A stretch of DNA of 32,000 bases, from positions 902,268 to 934,267 of the forward strand of contig NZ_AP019736.1 of assembly GCF_006542685.1 (NCBI RefSeq), written 5' to 3'. This stretch comes from Alistipes dispar (GTDB lineage Bacteria > Bacteroidota > Bacteroidia > Bacteroidales > Rikenellaceae). The notes under the pieces are model-generated. The model saw only the letters and a list, made by a program, of their open reading frames with translations, did not search any database and was not told the origin of the DNA. A program made the translations under genes and the position numbers. This document shows, piece by piece, positions 7,589 through 22,085 of the stretch. The first letter of the stretch is position 1. Every line of letters begins with the position of its first letter.

Positions 7589-9076
7589 ATGAAAAAAACA
7601 CTTCTCCTGCTCGCCGCCGTCGCAACCGCCTCGGGCGCATTCGCCGAAGGTTACCAGGTAAACAACTTCTCGGCCCGTCAGGCCGGCATGGCCAATGTCG
7701 GCACGGCGATGAAACTCGGTGCGGAGTCGATCTACTTCAACCCGGCGGCCACGGCATTCCAGGAGTCGAAATTCAACATCTCCGTCGGTGCGACGGGTAT
7801 CCTTTCCTACGTGTCAGCCTCGACGCTCCCCTCGATGGAAAACGGCTACGAGAGCTCGCTCACGGAGGATTCGGACAACAAAATGTCCACCCCGCTGCAC
7901 ATGTACATCAACTACAAACCCGCCGAGCGCTGGGCCGTGGGCCTGGGTTTCTACACCCCGAACGGCTCCTCGATGAACTGGGGCGACAACTGGTCGGGAT
8001 CGCACCTCATCCAGCAGATCAACCTCGCGGCCTACACCTTCCAGCCCACCGTCTCGTTCAGGATCTGCGACCGTCTCTCCGTCGGCGCGGGACTGATGCT
8101 CACGTGGGGCAACTTCGACCTGTCGCGCGCCATGCTGCCCATCGGCGCCGGCAACAAGACCCTCGCCCAGGGATTCAACACGATCGGCAAGCTGCTGCCC
8201 GCGCTGGGTGCGGGCGCCGGCCTCTCGCCCGAGGAGATCGCCCGATACCAGGCCATGGCCCAGCAGGGCGAGACCTACTTCACCGACAACCTGCAGGACA
8301 AATCCATCGTCTCGGCCAAGCTGGAGGGCAACGCCAACCTCGCCGTGGGCGTGAACGCCGGCATTCTCTGGGACGTGACCGACGAATGGTCGATCGCCAT
8401 GAGCTACCGTTCGCGGATGGACATGAAGGTCGATAAGGGCACGGCGCAGCTCATCTACGCCTCGCAGGAATCGCAGCAGTTGCTTTCGTTCCTCAACCAG
8501 ATGCTCCAGACGGCCGGTCAGCCCTCCGCGATTCCGGCACTGGACAAGGGTACGTTCCACACCCAACTGGCGCTCCCGACGACCGTGACGTGGGGCGTCT
8601 CCTACCGTCCGAACGACAAGTGGCGCATGGGCGTCGATCTGCAGTGGATCGGCTGGTCGGCCTACAAGGACCTGAACGTGTCGTTCAACGAGAAGGAGCT
8701 GGGCATCAAGGACATCTACTCGGTGAAGAACTATTCGAACACGCTTTCGGCCCGCTTCGGCGCCGAATACGACGCCCTCGACTGGCTGGCGGCCCGCGTG
8801 GGCATCTACTACGACGAAAGCCCCGTGGACAGCAACTACCTCAATCCCGAAACGCCGTCGATGACCAAGATCAGCTACTCGCTGGGTATGTCGTTCCGGC
8901 TGGCCGCCTGCGCAGCGCTCGACGTGGCCTACTGCTACGTCTCGTCGGCCGACCCCGAGCGCACGGGTTCCTACCCGGTCTATGACTACACGTCGGGAGA
9001 CCTCGCATCGGTCTTCACGCGCAACTACAAGCTCCACGCCCACGTACTGTCATTCGGCATGCGTTTCAATTTCTGA
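7589..9076 (+). CDS. Outer-membrane transport protein, OMPP1/FadL/TodX family
   Basis: 495 aa with signal peptide MKKTLLLLAAVATASGAFA. The N-terminal EGYQVNNFSARQAGMANVGTA...SIYFNPA is the FadL-family hatch motif. The rest is beta-strand rich and ends in the barrel terminus SFGMRFNF. Confidence 0.85.
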   Translation: MKKTLLLLAAVATASGAFAEGYQVNNFSARQAGMANVGTAMKLGAESIYFNPAATAFQESKFNISVGATGILSYVSASTLPSMENGYESSLTEDSDNKMSTPLHMYINYKPAERWAVGLGFYTPNGSSMNWGDNWSGSHLIQQINLAAYTFQPTVSFRICDRLSVGAGLMLTWGNFDLSRAMLPIGAGNKTLAQGFNTIGKLLPALGAGAGLSPEEIARYQAMAQQGETYFTDNLQDKSIVSAKLEGNANLAVGVNAGILWDVTDEWSIAMSYRSRMDMKVDKGTAQLIYASQESQQLLSFLNQMLQTAGQPSAIPALDKGTFHTQLALPTTVTWGVSYRPNDKWRMGVDLQWIGWSAYKDLNVSFNEKELGIKDIYSVKNYSNTLSARFGAEYDALDWLAARVGIYYDESPVDSNYLNPETPSMTKISYSLGMSFRLAACAALDVAYCYVSSADPERTGSYPVYDYTSGDLASVFTRNYKLHAHVLSFGMRFNF

Positions 9077-9097
9077 AACCGGGAAAATTTACTATCT

Positions 9098-9138
9098 TTG
9101 CGGTGCGCTTCCCTGACGGAGACGCACCGCAATGTTTT
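9098..9138 (+). terminator. Hairpin plus short T-run after the FadL-family gene
   Basis: ttgcggtgcg (9098-9107) pairs with cgcaccgcaa (9123-9132) and is followed by tgtttt. The 5' arm overlaps a TATCTTTG box (9093-9100) that could instead serve tRNA-Arg, so the role is ambiguous. Confidence 0.4.
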
Positions 9139-9139
9139 C

Positions 9140-9211
9140 GGCCCTATAGTTCAAGGGATAGAACGAGGGTTTCCTAAACCCTAAATCCGCGTTCGAGTCG
9201 CGGTGGGGCTA
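9140..9211 (+). tRNA. tRNA-Arg (anticodon CCT)
   Basis: GGCCCTA TA GTTC AAGGGATA GAAC G AGGGT TTCCTAA ACCCT AAAT CCGCG TTCGAGT CGCGG TGGGGCT A. The cloverleaf closes with two G-U pairs in the acceptor stem. Confidence 0.88.
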
Positions 9212-9301
9212 CGAGACGCCGGAACGGATCGCTCCGTTCCGGCGTTTCTCCTCCGCCCCCGAAAAGAGGCGCCGCCACATGGCGCATTGCCGAATTTGCA
9301 C

Positions 9302-9309
9302 TATCTTTG
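9302..9309 (+). promoter_or_regulatory. -7 box TATCTTTG for sdaA
   Basis: Exact TAnnTTTG match 21 nt upstream of the ATG at 9331. It overlaps the track ORF's upstream TTG start at 9307, which argues against that start. Confidence 0.45.
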
Positions 9310-9330
9310 CCGCGTCAAACCGCACGAACG

Positions 9331-10533
9331 ATGGAATCACTCAAAGAGTTATACAAAATCGGGAACGGCCCGTCGAGCAGCCACACGATGGGCCCCAAAC
9401 GGGCTGCGGAACGTTTCGCCGACCGCTGCCGCGACGCGGACGCCTACCGTGTGACGCTCTACGGCTCGCTGGCCGCCACGGGCAAAGGCCACCTGACGGA
9501 CGTGGCGATCCTCTCGGTGCTGCAACCCGTAGCGCCGACCGAAATCGTCTGGAAACCCGAGACCGTACTACCCTTCCACCCCAACGGCATGCTGTTCGAA
9601 GGGCTGAAGGGAGAGCAGGTCGTCGATTCGTGGAAGATTTACAGCATCGGCGGCGGCGCACTGGCCAACGAAACCTCGCGGCTCGAAGTGCCCCGCAGCA
9701 TCTACCCCCTGACCACCGTCACGGAGATCAAGGAGTGGTGCTACAACGAAGGCAAAACCTACTGGGAGTACGTGAACGACTGCGAGGGCCCCGAAATATG
9801 GGACTACCTCGACCGGATCTGGACCGTCATGTGCGAGACGATCCAGCGCGGACTGAACAACGACGGCGTACTGCCCGGAGGACTGAAGGTCGCCCGCAAG
9901 GCCAGCACCTACTGGGTCAAGTCGAAGAGCTACAACGATTCGCTCAAGTCGCGGGCCAAGATCTACGCCTATGCGCTGGCGACCTCCGAGGAGAACGCCT
10001 CGGGAGGCGTGGTCGTCACCGCCCCGACGTGCGGTTCGTGCGGCGTCGTGCCGGCCGTGCTCTACCACCTGGCCACCTCGCGCGACTTCCTGCGCATCCG
10101 CATCCTGCGGGCCCTCGCCACGGCGGGCCTGTTCGGCAACATCGCCAAGACGAACTCTTCGATTTCGGGCGCCGAGGTAGGCTGCCAGGGCGAGGTGGGC
10201 GTGGCCTGCGCCATGGCCGCCGCCGCGGCCTGTCAGCTCTTCGGCGGCACGCCTTCGCAGATCGAATACGCCGCCGAAATGGGCCTCGAACACCATCTGG
10301 GACTGACGTGCGACCCCGTCTGCGGCCTCGTGCAGGTCCCCTGCATCGAACGCAACGCCGTGGCCGCCGCCCGCGCCCTCGACGCCAATATCTACGCCAC
10401 GCTGTCGGACGGCTCGCACCTGGTGTCGTACGACAAGGTGGTGGAGGTGATGAACGAGACGGGGCACAACCTCCCGAGCCTCTACCGCGAAACCTCGGAG
10501 GGCGGTCTGGCGAAGCGCTACGAGCGGAAATAG
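9331..10533 (+). CDS. sdaA: L-serine ammonia-lyase (iron-sulfur dependent, single-chain)
   Basis: MESLKELYKIGNGPSSSHTMGP is the hallmark N-terminus. Internal TAPTCGSCGVVPAVL and GAEVGCQGEVGVACAMAA are the cluster-binding and alpha-domain motifs. Confidence 0.9.
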   Translation: MESLKELYKIGNGPSSSHTMGPKRAAERFADRCRDADAYRVTLYGSLAATGKGHLTDVAILSVLQPVAPTEIVWKPETVLPFHPNGMLFEGLKGEQVVDSWKIYSIGGGALANETSRLEVPRSIYPLTTVTEIKEWCYNEGKTYWEYVNDCEGPEIWDYLDRIWTVMCETIQRGLNNDGVLPGGLKVARKASTYWVKSKSYNDSLKSRAKIYAYALATSEENASGGVVVTAPTCGSCGVVPAVLYHLATSRDFLRIRILRALATAGLFGNIAKTNSSISGAEVGCQGEVGVACAMAAAAACQLFGGTPSQIEYAAEMGLEHHLGLTCDPVCGLVQVPCIERNAVAAARALDANIYATLSDGSHLVSYDKVVEVMNETGHNLPSLYRETSEGGLAKRYERK

Positions 10534-10586
10534 CCCGCGCTCCGACGCGACGATTCCCGTTTTTCCGTCCGCTCCCGCCGACAACG

Positions 10587-10622
10587 AAAAACCTCCCCGG
10601 TCTTGCGACCGGGGAGGTTTTT
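10587..10622. terminator. Bidirectional intrinsic terminator between convergent sdaA and rpoC
   Basis: aaaaa cctccccggtc ttgc gaccggggagg ttttt: an 11-bp GC-rich stem with a 4-nt loop, flanked by an A5 run and a T5 run so it works on both strands. Confidence 0.8.
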
Positions 10623-10644
10623 CATAAGAAGTTGCGTCACGCGG

Positions 10645-14904
<4,260 letters not shown>

Positions 14905-14942
14905 ATTTATTGCTTTTTTCTTTCCTCAGTTAAACACACACC

Positions 14943-17900
14943 TTACTCGAGTTTGACCGAAAGGGCCAGACCGCGAAGCTCGTGCAGCAGCACGTTCATC
15001 GCCTCCGGGATACCCGGCTTGGGCAGGTTCTCTCCCTTGACGATCGCCTCGTAAGCCTTGGCGCGGCCCATCACGTCGTCGGACTTGATGGTCAGAATCT
15101 CCTGCAGGATATTGGCGGCGCCGAAGCCCTCGAGCGCCCAGACCTCCATCTCGCCGAAACGCTGGCCGCCGAACTGCGCCTTACCGCCGAGCGGCTGCTG
15201 CGTGATGAGCGAGTAGGGACCGATCGAACGCGCGTGCATCTTGTCGTCGATCATGTGGCCCAGCTTGAGCATGTAGGTGACGCCCACCGTGGCAGGCTGG
15301 TCGAAACGCTCGCCCGTGCCGCCGTCGTAGAGGTACGTGCGGCCGCTGTGCGGCAGTCCGGCCTGGGCCGTGTACTCGTTGATCTGGTCGAGCGAGGCGC
15401 CGTCGAAGATCGGCGTGGCGAATTTCACGCCCAGCTCGCGGCCGGCCCAGCCGAGCACGGCCTCGTAGATCTGCCCGAGGTTCATTCGCGAAGGCACGCC
15501 CAGCGGGTTGAGGCAGATATCGACGATCGTTCCGTCCTCGAGGAACGGCATGTCCTCGTCGCGCACGATCTTGGCCACGATACCCTTGTTGCCGTGGCGT
15601 CCGGCCATCTTGTCGCCCACCTTCAGCTTGCGCTTCTTGGCGATATAGACCTTGGCCATCTGGATAACGCCCGTCTGCGGCAGCTCGTCGCCGTTCGTGA
15701 GGTTGTACTTCTCGCGCTTGATGGCGGCGTCGGCCTTCTTCCACTCGATCGTGTAGTTGTTGATCGTGGCCTCGATCAGGGCGTCCGTATGCGCGTCGCC
15801 CGTCCAGTTGCACGAGCCGAGGTTCAGGTAGCCCATCACCACGCCCGTCTTCTCGTCCGAGGACTTGCGGGCGATCTCCTCCAGCAACTTCTGCGAGAAC
15901 TTCGTACCGGCGGGATAGAGCTCCACGCCGAAGTAGTCGGTGATGCCCGTGGTAGTCTTGCCCTGCAACAGCGTCCAGAGCTTGGACACGAGCCGCTTGG
16001 TCAGCTCGGCGATCTCGGCCGAGAACTTCTCGTCGAGCTTGTCGAGCTGCATCTTCTCGGCACTCTTGCCCTTCTTGCCCTCCTTGCTGGCGCGGCTGTA
16101 GAGCTTCGTGTCGATCACCACGCCGTGCAGCGAAGGCTGCGCCTTGAGCGAAGCGTCCTTCACGTCGCCGGCCTTGTCGCCGAAGATCGCGCGCAGGAGC
16201 TTCTCCTCGGGCGACGGATCGCTCTCGCCCTTCGGGGTGATCTTGCCGATGAGGATGTCGCCCGGGTGGATGTTGGCGCCGATGCGGACGATACCGTTGG
16301 CGTCGAGGTCCTTCGTGGCGTCCTCCGAAACGTTCGGGATGTCCGAGGTCAGCTCCTCGACGCCGCGCTTCGTGTCGCGCACCTCCATGATGTACTCGTC
16401 CACGTGCACCGACGTGAAGATGTCCTCGCGCTGGATGCGCTCCGAGATCACGATGGCGTCCTCGAAGTTGTACCCCTTCCAGGGCATGTAGGCCACCTTC
16501 AGGTTGCGGCCCAGCGCCAGCTCGCCGTTCTGCGTCGAGTATCCCTCCGTAAGGATCTGCCCCTTCGTGACCTTGTCGCCCGTCAGGACGGTGGGACGCA
16601 GCGTGATCGAGGTGTTCTGGTTCGTGCGGCGGTAACGCGGCAGCGTATAGGTCGTGACCTCCGGATCGAACGACGCGAGGATCTCGTCCTCCGTGCGCTC
16701 GTACTTGATCTGGATCTTCGTGGCGTCGGCAAAAACCACCTCGCCGTCGCCCTCGGCCACGATCTGAATCCGGCTGTCCGAAATCATGTCCTTCTCGATA
16801 CCCGTGCCGACGATCGGGGCTTCGGTGGTCACCAGGGGCACGGCCTGGCGCATCATGTTCGAGCCCATCAGCGCACGGTTGGCGTCGTCGTGCTCGAGGA
16901 ACGGGATGAGGCTCGCGGCGATCGAGGCGATCTGGTTCGGAGCCACGTCCATCAGATGCACCTCGGAAGCCGTCACCACGGGGAAGTCGGCGCCTTCGCG
17001 CGCCTTGATGCGGTCCGGCTCCAGGAAGTTGCCCTCCTCGTCGATGGGGGTGTTCGCCTGCGCGGCGACCAGATCCTCCTCCTCTTCGGCCGAATAGTAG
17101 CGGATATGCGCATTGTCCATATCCACCTTTCCGTTCTCCACCGTACGGTAGGGCGTCTCGATGAAGCCCATGGGCGAAATCTTCGCATAGACGCACAACG
17201 ACGAGATCAGACCGATGTTCGGGCCTTCCGGCGACTCGATCGGGCAGAGACGTCCGTAGTGCGTATAGTGCACGTCGCGCACCTCGAAACCGGCGCGGTC
17301 GCGCGACAGACCGCCGGGACCGAGGGCCGACAGACGGCGCTTGTGCGTGATTTCGGCCAGCGGGTTGATCTGGTCCATGAACTGCGAGAGCTGCGAAGTG
17401 CCGAAGAAGGAGTTGATCACCGACGAAAGGGTCTTGGCGTTGATCAGGTCCACCGGCGTGAACACCTCGTTGTCACGCACGTTCATGCGCTCGCGGATCG
17501 TGCGCGCCATGCGCACGAAGCCCACCGAGAACTGGTTCGACAACTGTTCGCCCACGGTGCGGACGCGGCGGTTCGACAGGTGGTCGATATCGTCCACGTC
17601 GGCCTTCGAGTTGATCAGCTGGATCAGGTATTTGATGATGGCGATGATGTCCTCCCGCGTCAGGGTTCGGATAGCCGGATCGATGTCCAGGTCCAGCTTC
17701 TTATTGATGCGGAAACGGCCCACGTCGCCCAGGTCGTAACGCTTGTCCGAGAAGAAGAGCTTCTCGATGACGTCGCGCGCCGTGGCCTCATCGGGCGGCT
17801 CCGAGGCGCGCAACTGCCTGTAGATGTAAACCACGGCCTCCTTCTCGGAGTTACAGGGGTCTTTTTGCAGCGTGTTGTAGATGATCGAGAAGTCGATGCC

Positions 17901-18803
17901 CGAGAGGTTCTCCTTGTGCAGCAGGATCGTCTTGGCGCCGCTCTCGATGATCTGGTCGATATGTTCCTCCTCGAGGACCGTCTCACGGTCCACGATCACG
18001 TTGTTGCGCTCGATCGACACCACCTCGCCCGTGTCCTCGTCCACGAAGTCCTCGACCCACGTCGAGAGGACGCGTGCGGCGAGCTTGCGGCCCACGGCCT
18101 TTTTCAGGGTGGCCTTCGACACCTTCACCTCGTCCGCGAGATCGAAAATCTCGAGAATCTGCTGGTCCGCCTCGTAACCTATCGCACGCAGCAGCGTGGT
18201 GACGGGCAGCTTCTTCTTCCGGTCGATGTAGGCGTACATGACGTTGTTGATGTCCGTAGCGAACTCGATCCACGAACCCTTGAAGGGGATGATACGCGCC
18301 GAATAGAGCTTGGTGCCGTTGGTGTGCATGCTCTGTCCGAAGAACACACCCGGCGAACGGTGCAACTGGGATACGATGACACGCTCCGCACCGTTGATGA
18401 CGAACGTTCCACGTTCGGTCATATAGGGGATCGTCCCGAAGTACACGTCCTGAACGACGACGCCGAAATCCTCGTGCTCGTCGTCCGTGCAATAGAGTTT
18501 CAGCTTGGCTTTCAGCGGAACGCTGTACGTCAGACCGCGCTCCAGGCACTCTTCGATCGAATAGCGCGGCGGGTCGATATAGTAGTCGATAAACTCCAGA
18601 ACAAAGTTGTTCCGGGTATCGGTGATGGGGAAATTCTCCTGAAACACCTTGTACAGCCCCTCGTTTTTGCGATTCTCGGCCGTGGTGTCCATCTGGAAAA
18701 AGTCCCGGAATGATTTAAGCTGTACCTCCAGCAGATCCGGGTAAGGAACCCGGTTCTTGACTGTCGAAAAGCTGATTCTTTGTTGTGTTTTTGCTGTGGA
18801 CAT
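14943..18803 (-). CDS. rpoB: DNA-directed RNA polymerase subunit beta
   Basis: 1286 aa. It contains the rif-cluster region [32 protein letters not shown], plus GRHGNKGIV and [10 protein letters not shown] motifs. Confidence 0.99.
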   Translation of the reverse strand: MSTAKTQQRISFSTVKNRVPYPDLLEVQLKSFRDFFQMDTTAENRKNEGLYKVFQENFPITDTRNNFVLEFIDYYIDPPRYSIEECLERGLTYSVPLKAKLKLYCTDDEHEDFGVVVQDVYFGTIPYMTERGTFVINGAERVIVSQLHRSPGVFFGQSMHTNGTKLYSARIIPFKGSWIEFATDINNVMYAYIDRKKKLPVTTLLRAIGYEADQQILEIFDLADEVKVSKATLKKAVGRKLAARVLSTWVEDFVDEDTGEVVSIERNNVIVDRETVLEEEHIDQIIESGAKTILLHKENLSGIDFSIIYNTLQKDPCNSEKEAVVYIYRQLRASEPPDEATARDVIEKLFFSDKRYDLGDVGRFRINKKLDLDIDPAIRTLTREDIIAIIKYLIQLINSKADVDDIDHLSNRRVRTVGEQLSNQFSVGFVRMARTIRERMNVRDNEVFTPVDLINAKTLSSVINSFFGTSQLSQFMDQINPLAEITHKRRLSALGPGGLSRDRAGFEVRDVHYTHYGRLCPIESPEGPNIGLISSLCVYAKISPMGFIETPYRTVENGKVDMDNAHIRYYSAEEEEDLVAAQANTPIDEEGNFLEPDRIKAREGADFPVVTASEVHLMDVAPNQIASIAASLIPFLEHDDANRALMGSNMMRQAVPLVTTEAPIVGTGIEKDMISDSRIQIVAEGDGEVVFADATKIQIKYERTEDEILASFDPEVTTYTLPRYRRTNQNTSITLRPTVLTGDKVTKGQILTEGYSTQNGELALGRNLKVAYMPWKGYNFEDAIVISERIQREDIFTSVHVDEYIMEVRDTKRGVEELTSDIPNVSEDATKDLDANGIVRIGANIHPGDILIGKITPKGESDPSPEEKLLRAIFGDKAGDVKDASLKAQPSLHGVVIDTKLYSRASKEGKKGKSAEKMQLDKLDEKFSAEIAELTKRLVSKLWTLLQGKTTTGITDYFGVELYPAGTKFSQKLLEEIARKSSDEKTGVVMGYLNLGSCNWTGDAHTDALIEATINNYTIEWKKADAAIKREKYNLTNGDELPQTGVIQMAKVYIAKKRKLKVGDKMAGRHGNKGIVAKIVRDEDMPFLEDGTIVDICLNPLGVPSRMNLGQIYEAVLGWAGRELGVKFATPIFDGASLDQINEYTAQAGLPHSGRTYLYDGGTGERFDQPATVGVTYMLKLGHMIDDKMHARSIGPYSLITQQPLGGKAQFGGQRFGEMEVWALEGFGAANILQEILTIKSDDVMGRAKAYEAIVKGENLPKPGIPEAMNVLLHELRGLALSVKLE

Positions 18804-18971
18804 CGTAAAATCCGAATTAGTTGAAGTGTAATTGGGTGGGTTACGCTCCCCAAAATGCGCGGGTCCCTATCCCGCCAATGCCCCCGTATGCGGGCATACT
18901 ATGCCCCGGGAGCATTCGACTTCCAAAGAGTGGACACAGCTCCTGCTCGGCACTTCCAGTCTTTAGACCAA

Positions 18972-19007
18972 GAAAAGGCATAGAGCTTACACGCCGGTAA
19001 GCCCTAT
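18972..19007 (-). terminator. rplL-rpoB intergenic attenuator-type hairpin
   Basis: Minus-strand RNA: AUAGGGCUUAC CGGCGU GUAAGCUCUAU GCCUUUUCU. The stem is 11 bp with one G-U pair, followed by U4. It sits 35 nt after the rplL stop, in the 238-nt spacer before rpoB. Confidence 0.5.
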
Positions 19008-19041
19008 ACCTGATCGTCTGATGCAGCGTTAAGCAGCAATG

Positions 19042-19419
19042 CTACTTAAGCTCAACTTCAGCACCTGCCTCCTCGAGCTGGCCTTTGATCTGCTCGGCCT
19101 CCTCCTTGGAAACACCCTCCTTGACAGCCTTGGGAGCGCCGTCCACGAGAGCCTTGGCGTCACCCAGCGACAGGCCGGCAACATCCTTCACAACCTTGAT
19201 GACCTGGAGCTTGGCCTGGCCTGCGCTCTTCAGGATCACGTCGAACGACGTCTTCTCGGCAGCGGCAGCCTCGCCTGCGCCTGCAGCGGGGGCTGCAACG
19301 GCAACAGCGGCAGCGGCCGGCTCAATGCCATACTCCTCCTTGAGGATCTGTGCGAGTTCGTTTACCTCGGTCACCTTCAGGTTAACCAGTTCTTCAGCAA
19401 GTTTCTTTACGTCTGCCAT
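19042..19419 (-). CDS. rplL: 50S ribosomal protein L7/L12
   Basis: 125 aa: [34 protein letters not shown], an Ala-rich hinge, and the C-terminus [41 protein letters not shown]. Confidence 0.98.
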   Translation of the reverse strand: MADVKKLAEELVNLKVTEVNELAQILKEEYGIEPAAAAVAVAAPAAGAGEAAAAEKTSFDVILKSAGQAKLQVIKVVKDVAGLSLGDAKALVDGAPKAVKEGVSKEEAEQIKGQLEEAGAEVELK

Positions 19420-19460
19420 AGTTGTAAGCTTATTAATTTGTTTTTAATTTCGGTTTGTGA

Positions 19461-19985
19461 TTAGTTGTTTCTCGATTCGAGCGTCTTCACGAGGCCCGCA
19501 ATCTTTTGGCCTGCATTAGCCTGCAATGCAGAGATAACATTCTTCGCCGGGGACTGCAACAGGGCGATGATGTCGCCGATGAGCTCTTCCTTCGACTTGA
19601 TGTTACACAGAGTGTCCAGCTGATTGTCGCCGATATAGACGCCCCCTTCGGCAAAAGCCGCCTTCAGAACGGGTTTGTCCGACGTCTTGCGGAACTCCTT
19701 GATCAGAACGGCCGGAGCTTTCGCAACGTGGGCGAACATGACCGAGGTGGGACCCTCCAATACTTTCACCAGTTCAGCGTCCGCCTTCTCCGCCTTCTCG
19801 AGCGCCTTCGCAAGCAGGGTGTTCTTCACGACCACCAGCTTCACGTCGCTCTCGAAGCACTTGCGGCGCAGGGCAGCGGTCTGCTCGGCGTTCAGCGCCT
19901 CGATGTCGGCGACATAGAAGTGAGGATAAGCCTGGAGCTGCTCGGCGAGGCTGTTAATAACAACCAGTTTTTCTTCCTTTGTCAT
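19461..19985 (-). CDS. rplJ: 50S ribosomal protein L10
   Basis: 174 aa. The position upstream of rplL and the sequence ([43 protein letters not shown]) are typical of L10. Confidence 0.97.
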   Translation of the reverse strand: MTKEEKLVVINSLAEQLQAYPHFYVADIEALNAEQTAALRRKCFESDVKLVVVKNTLLAKALEKAEKADAELVKVLEGPTSVMFAHVAKAPAVLIKEFRKTSDKPVLKAAFAEGGVYIGDNQLDTLCNIKSKEELIGDIIALLQSPAKNVISALQANAGQKIAGLVKTLESRNN

Positions 19986-20003
19986 CTCTATCTATCCTCC
20001 CTC

Positions 20004-20702
20004 TTATTTGGTTTCTACTGATTTGGAATCAATCTGCACGCCGGGGCTCATGGTGGTCGAGAGATATACGCTCTTCACATACGAACCTTTGGCAGCAGCC
20101 GGTTTCAACTTGAGAATCATGTTCAGGACCTCCTTCGCGTTTTCCACGATCTGGTCCGCAGAGAACGAGATCTTGCCGACGGTGGTGTGGATGATGCCGA
20201 ACTTATCGACCTTGAAGTCGATCTTACCGGCCTTCACCTCGCCGACGGCCTTGCCGACCTCCATCGTCACCGTACCGGTCTTGGGGTTCGGCATCAGGCC
20301 GCGCGGACCCAGAATACGGCCCAGCGCGCCGACCTTGCCCATCACGTTCGGCGTACAGATGATGACGTCCACGTCGGTCCATCCGCCCTTGATCTTGTCC
20401 ACGAACTCGTCCAGACCCACGTAATCGGCGCCGGCGGCTTTGGCCTCGGCCTCCTTCTCGGGCGTGCAGAGCACCAGCACGCGCACCGTCTTGCCGGTTC
20501 CGTGCGGAAGCGTCACCACGCCGCGGACCATCTGGTTCGCCTTGCGCGGATCGACGCCCAGACGGACGTCGATATCAACCGAAGCGTCGAATTTCGTGAA
20601 CGTAATTTCCTTCAGAAGAGCGGCTGCCTCGGGAAGTTTGTAAGCCTTACCGGCTTCCACCTTTGCGTAGGCGATCTTTTGATTTTTTGTCAATTTACTC
20701 AT
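20004..20702 (-). CDS. rplA: 50S ribosomal protein L1
   Basis: 232 aa with L1 motifs: [31 protein letters not shown] and [12 protein letters not shown]. Confidence 0.98.
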   Translation of the reverse strand: MSKLTKNQKIAYAKVEAGKAYKLPEAAALLKEITFTKFDASVDIDVRLGVDPRKANQMVRGVVTLPHGTGKTVRVLVLCTPEKEAEAKAAGADYVGLDEFVDKIKGGWTDVDVIICTPNVMGKVGALGRILGPRGLMPNPKTGTVTMEVGKAVGEVKAGKIDFKVDKFGIIHTTVGKISFSADQIVENAKEVLNMILKLKPAAAKGSYVKSVYLSTTMSPGVQIDSKSVETK

Positions 20703-20713
20703 CTCTTCAAGAA

Positions 20714-21154
20714 TTACAAGTTAGGAAATTCACCGACAACGTTGATACCCATGCTGCGAGCCGTACCGGCAACCATGCGCATAGCGGCCTCCAGCGTAAA
20801 GCAGTTCATGTCGGCCATCTTGTCCTTGGCGATCTCCTGAATCTGCTCCCACGTCACCTGACCGACCTTGTCGCGGTTGGGCTGCGCGGAGCCTTTCTGT
20901 ACCTTGGCTGCTTCCTTGAGCTGAACGGCTACAGGCGGCTGCTTTACGACGAAGTCGAACGACTTGTCGCTGTAAACCGTGATGATGACCGGAAGAACTT
21001 TTCCCGCCTTGTCCTGCGTACGTGCATTGAACTGCTTGCAGAAGTCCATGATATTGACTCCCTTAGAACCCAATGCGGGACCAACCGGGGGCGAAGGATT
21101 GGCGGCACCACCTTTGATCTGCAATTTAATAAATGCAGCAATCTCTTTTGCCAT
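20714..21154 (-). CDS. rplK: 50S ribosomal protein L11
   Basis: 146 aa: [36 protein letters not shown] is the L11 N-domain. Confidence 0.98.
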   Translation of the reverse strand: MAKEIAAFIKLQIKGGAANPSPPVGPALGSKGVNIMDFCKQFNARTQDKAGKVLPVIITVYSDKSFDFVVKQPPVAVQLKEAAKVQKGSAQPNRDKVGQVTWEQIQEIAKDKMADMNCFTLEAAMRMVAGTARSMGINVVGEFPNL

Positions 21155-21170
21155 AGTTTTCCTTGGTTAA

Positions 21171-21731
21171 TTATTCTTTTTCAACTTGTGTGAAACTCAA
21201 CTCCATGGGAGTCTTGCGCCCGAATATCTTCACCGATACCGTGAGTTTCTTGCGCTCGTTATCGACGGCTTCGATGGTACCCTGGAAGCTTGAGAAAGGA
21301 CCATCGGTGACCTTGACGGTCTCGCCGACGAAGAATGGGACTTCGTTTTCCTCCTCCATGGCGTTCATTTCATCGACGCGGCCGAGAATGCGGGCCACCT
21401 CCTGCGGACGCAGGGGCGTGGCGATCATCTTGCGGCTGTCCTCTTTGGTGTCGCCGAGGAAACCCAGCACATTGGGAGTATTGCGAATGATCATCGGAAT
21501 CTGACCTACGAAAGCAGCCTCCACCAGCACGTACCCCGGATAGGAAACCTTCTCTTTCGAGACTTTCTTTCCGTTGCGGATGGTGTACACCTTCTCGGTG
21601 GGAATCAGGACCTGGGAAATGTAGTCCTCGAGGTGGTTGTGACGGATTTCGGCCTCGATATACTCCTTGACCTTACCCTCCTTGCCGCCGACGGCGCGGA
21701 CCACATACCACTGTTTCTTAATCTCGCTCAT
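21171..21731 (-). CDS. nusG: Transcription termination/antitermination factor NusG
   Basis: 186 aa. It has the NGN start KQWYVVRAVGGKEGKV and the KOW segment FFVGETVKVTDGPFSSFQGTIEAVD, in conserved synteny between secE and rplK. Confidence 0.97.
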   Translation of the reverse strand: MSEIKKQWYVVRAVGGKEGKVKEYIEAEIRHNHLEDYISQVLIPTEKVYTIRNGKKVSKEKVSYPGYVLVEAAFVGQIPMIIRNTPNVLGFLGDTKEDSRKMIATPLRPQEVARILGRVDEMNAMEEENEVPFFVGETVKVTDGPFSSFQGTIEAVDNERKKLTVSVKIFGRKTPMELSFTQVEKE

Positions 21732-21746
21732 CGTTCCGGTTCGAAA

Positions 21747-21944
21747 TTAACGGCCAAGATTACCCAGGGTCTTATAGATGAAGGCCATCATGTTCTCGAA
21801 CGTCAGGTCCATGGCAAGCACGATCACGGCGAAGATGACCGAAGCCACCATCACGACGATCGTGGAACTCTGGAGCTGCGGGAACGTGGGCCACGTCACC
21901 TTGTTTACAAGCTCGTTGTAAGATTCTTTTACGTAATTGAACAT
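21747..21944 (-). CDS. secE: Preprotein translocase subunit SecE
   Basis: 65 aa with a single C-terminal TM helix and the motif VKESYNELVNKVTWPT, in conserved position between tRNA-Trp and nusG. Confidence 0.93.
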   Translation of the reverse strand: MFNYVKESYNELVNKVTWPTFPQLQSSTIVVMVASVIFAVIVLAMDLTFENMMAFIYKTLGNLGR

Positions 21945-21961
21945 ACTTCCGTCTTTTATTC

Positions 21962-22036
21962 TCTGGCAGGAGCAGAGAGATTCGAACTCCCATCAACGGT
22001 TTTGGAGACCGCTATTCTACCCTTGAACTATGCTCC
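21962..22036 (-). tRNA. tRNA-Trp (anticodon CCA), 3' CCA encoded
   Basis: Minus strand: AGGAGCA TA GTTC AAGGGTA GAAT A GCGGT CTCCAAA ACCGT TGAT GGGAG TTCGAAT CTCTC TGCTCCT G CCA. Confidence 0.93.
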
Positions 22037-22066
22037 TAAAAAAGAGGCGGTGCGGTGACACCGCCT
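22037..22066 (-). terminator. Intrinsic terminator/attenuator after tuf, abutting tRNA-Trp
   Basis: Minus-strand RNA: GAGGCGGUG UCACCG CACCGCCUC UUUUUU. The stem is 9 bp. The U6 tract ends at the base immediately before tRNA-Trp position 1. Confidence 0.7.
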
Positions 22067-22085
22067 CGGGACATAACCGTCCGGA

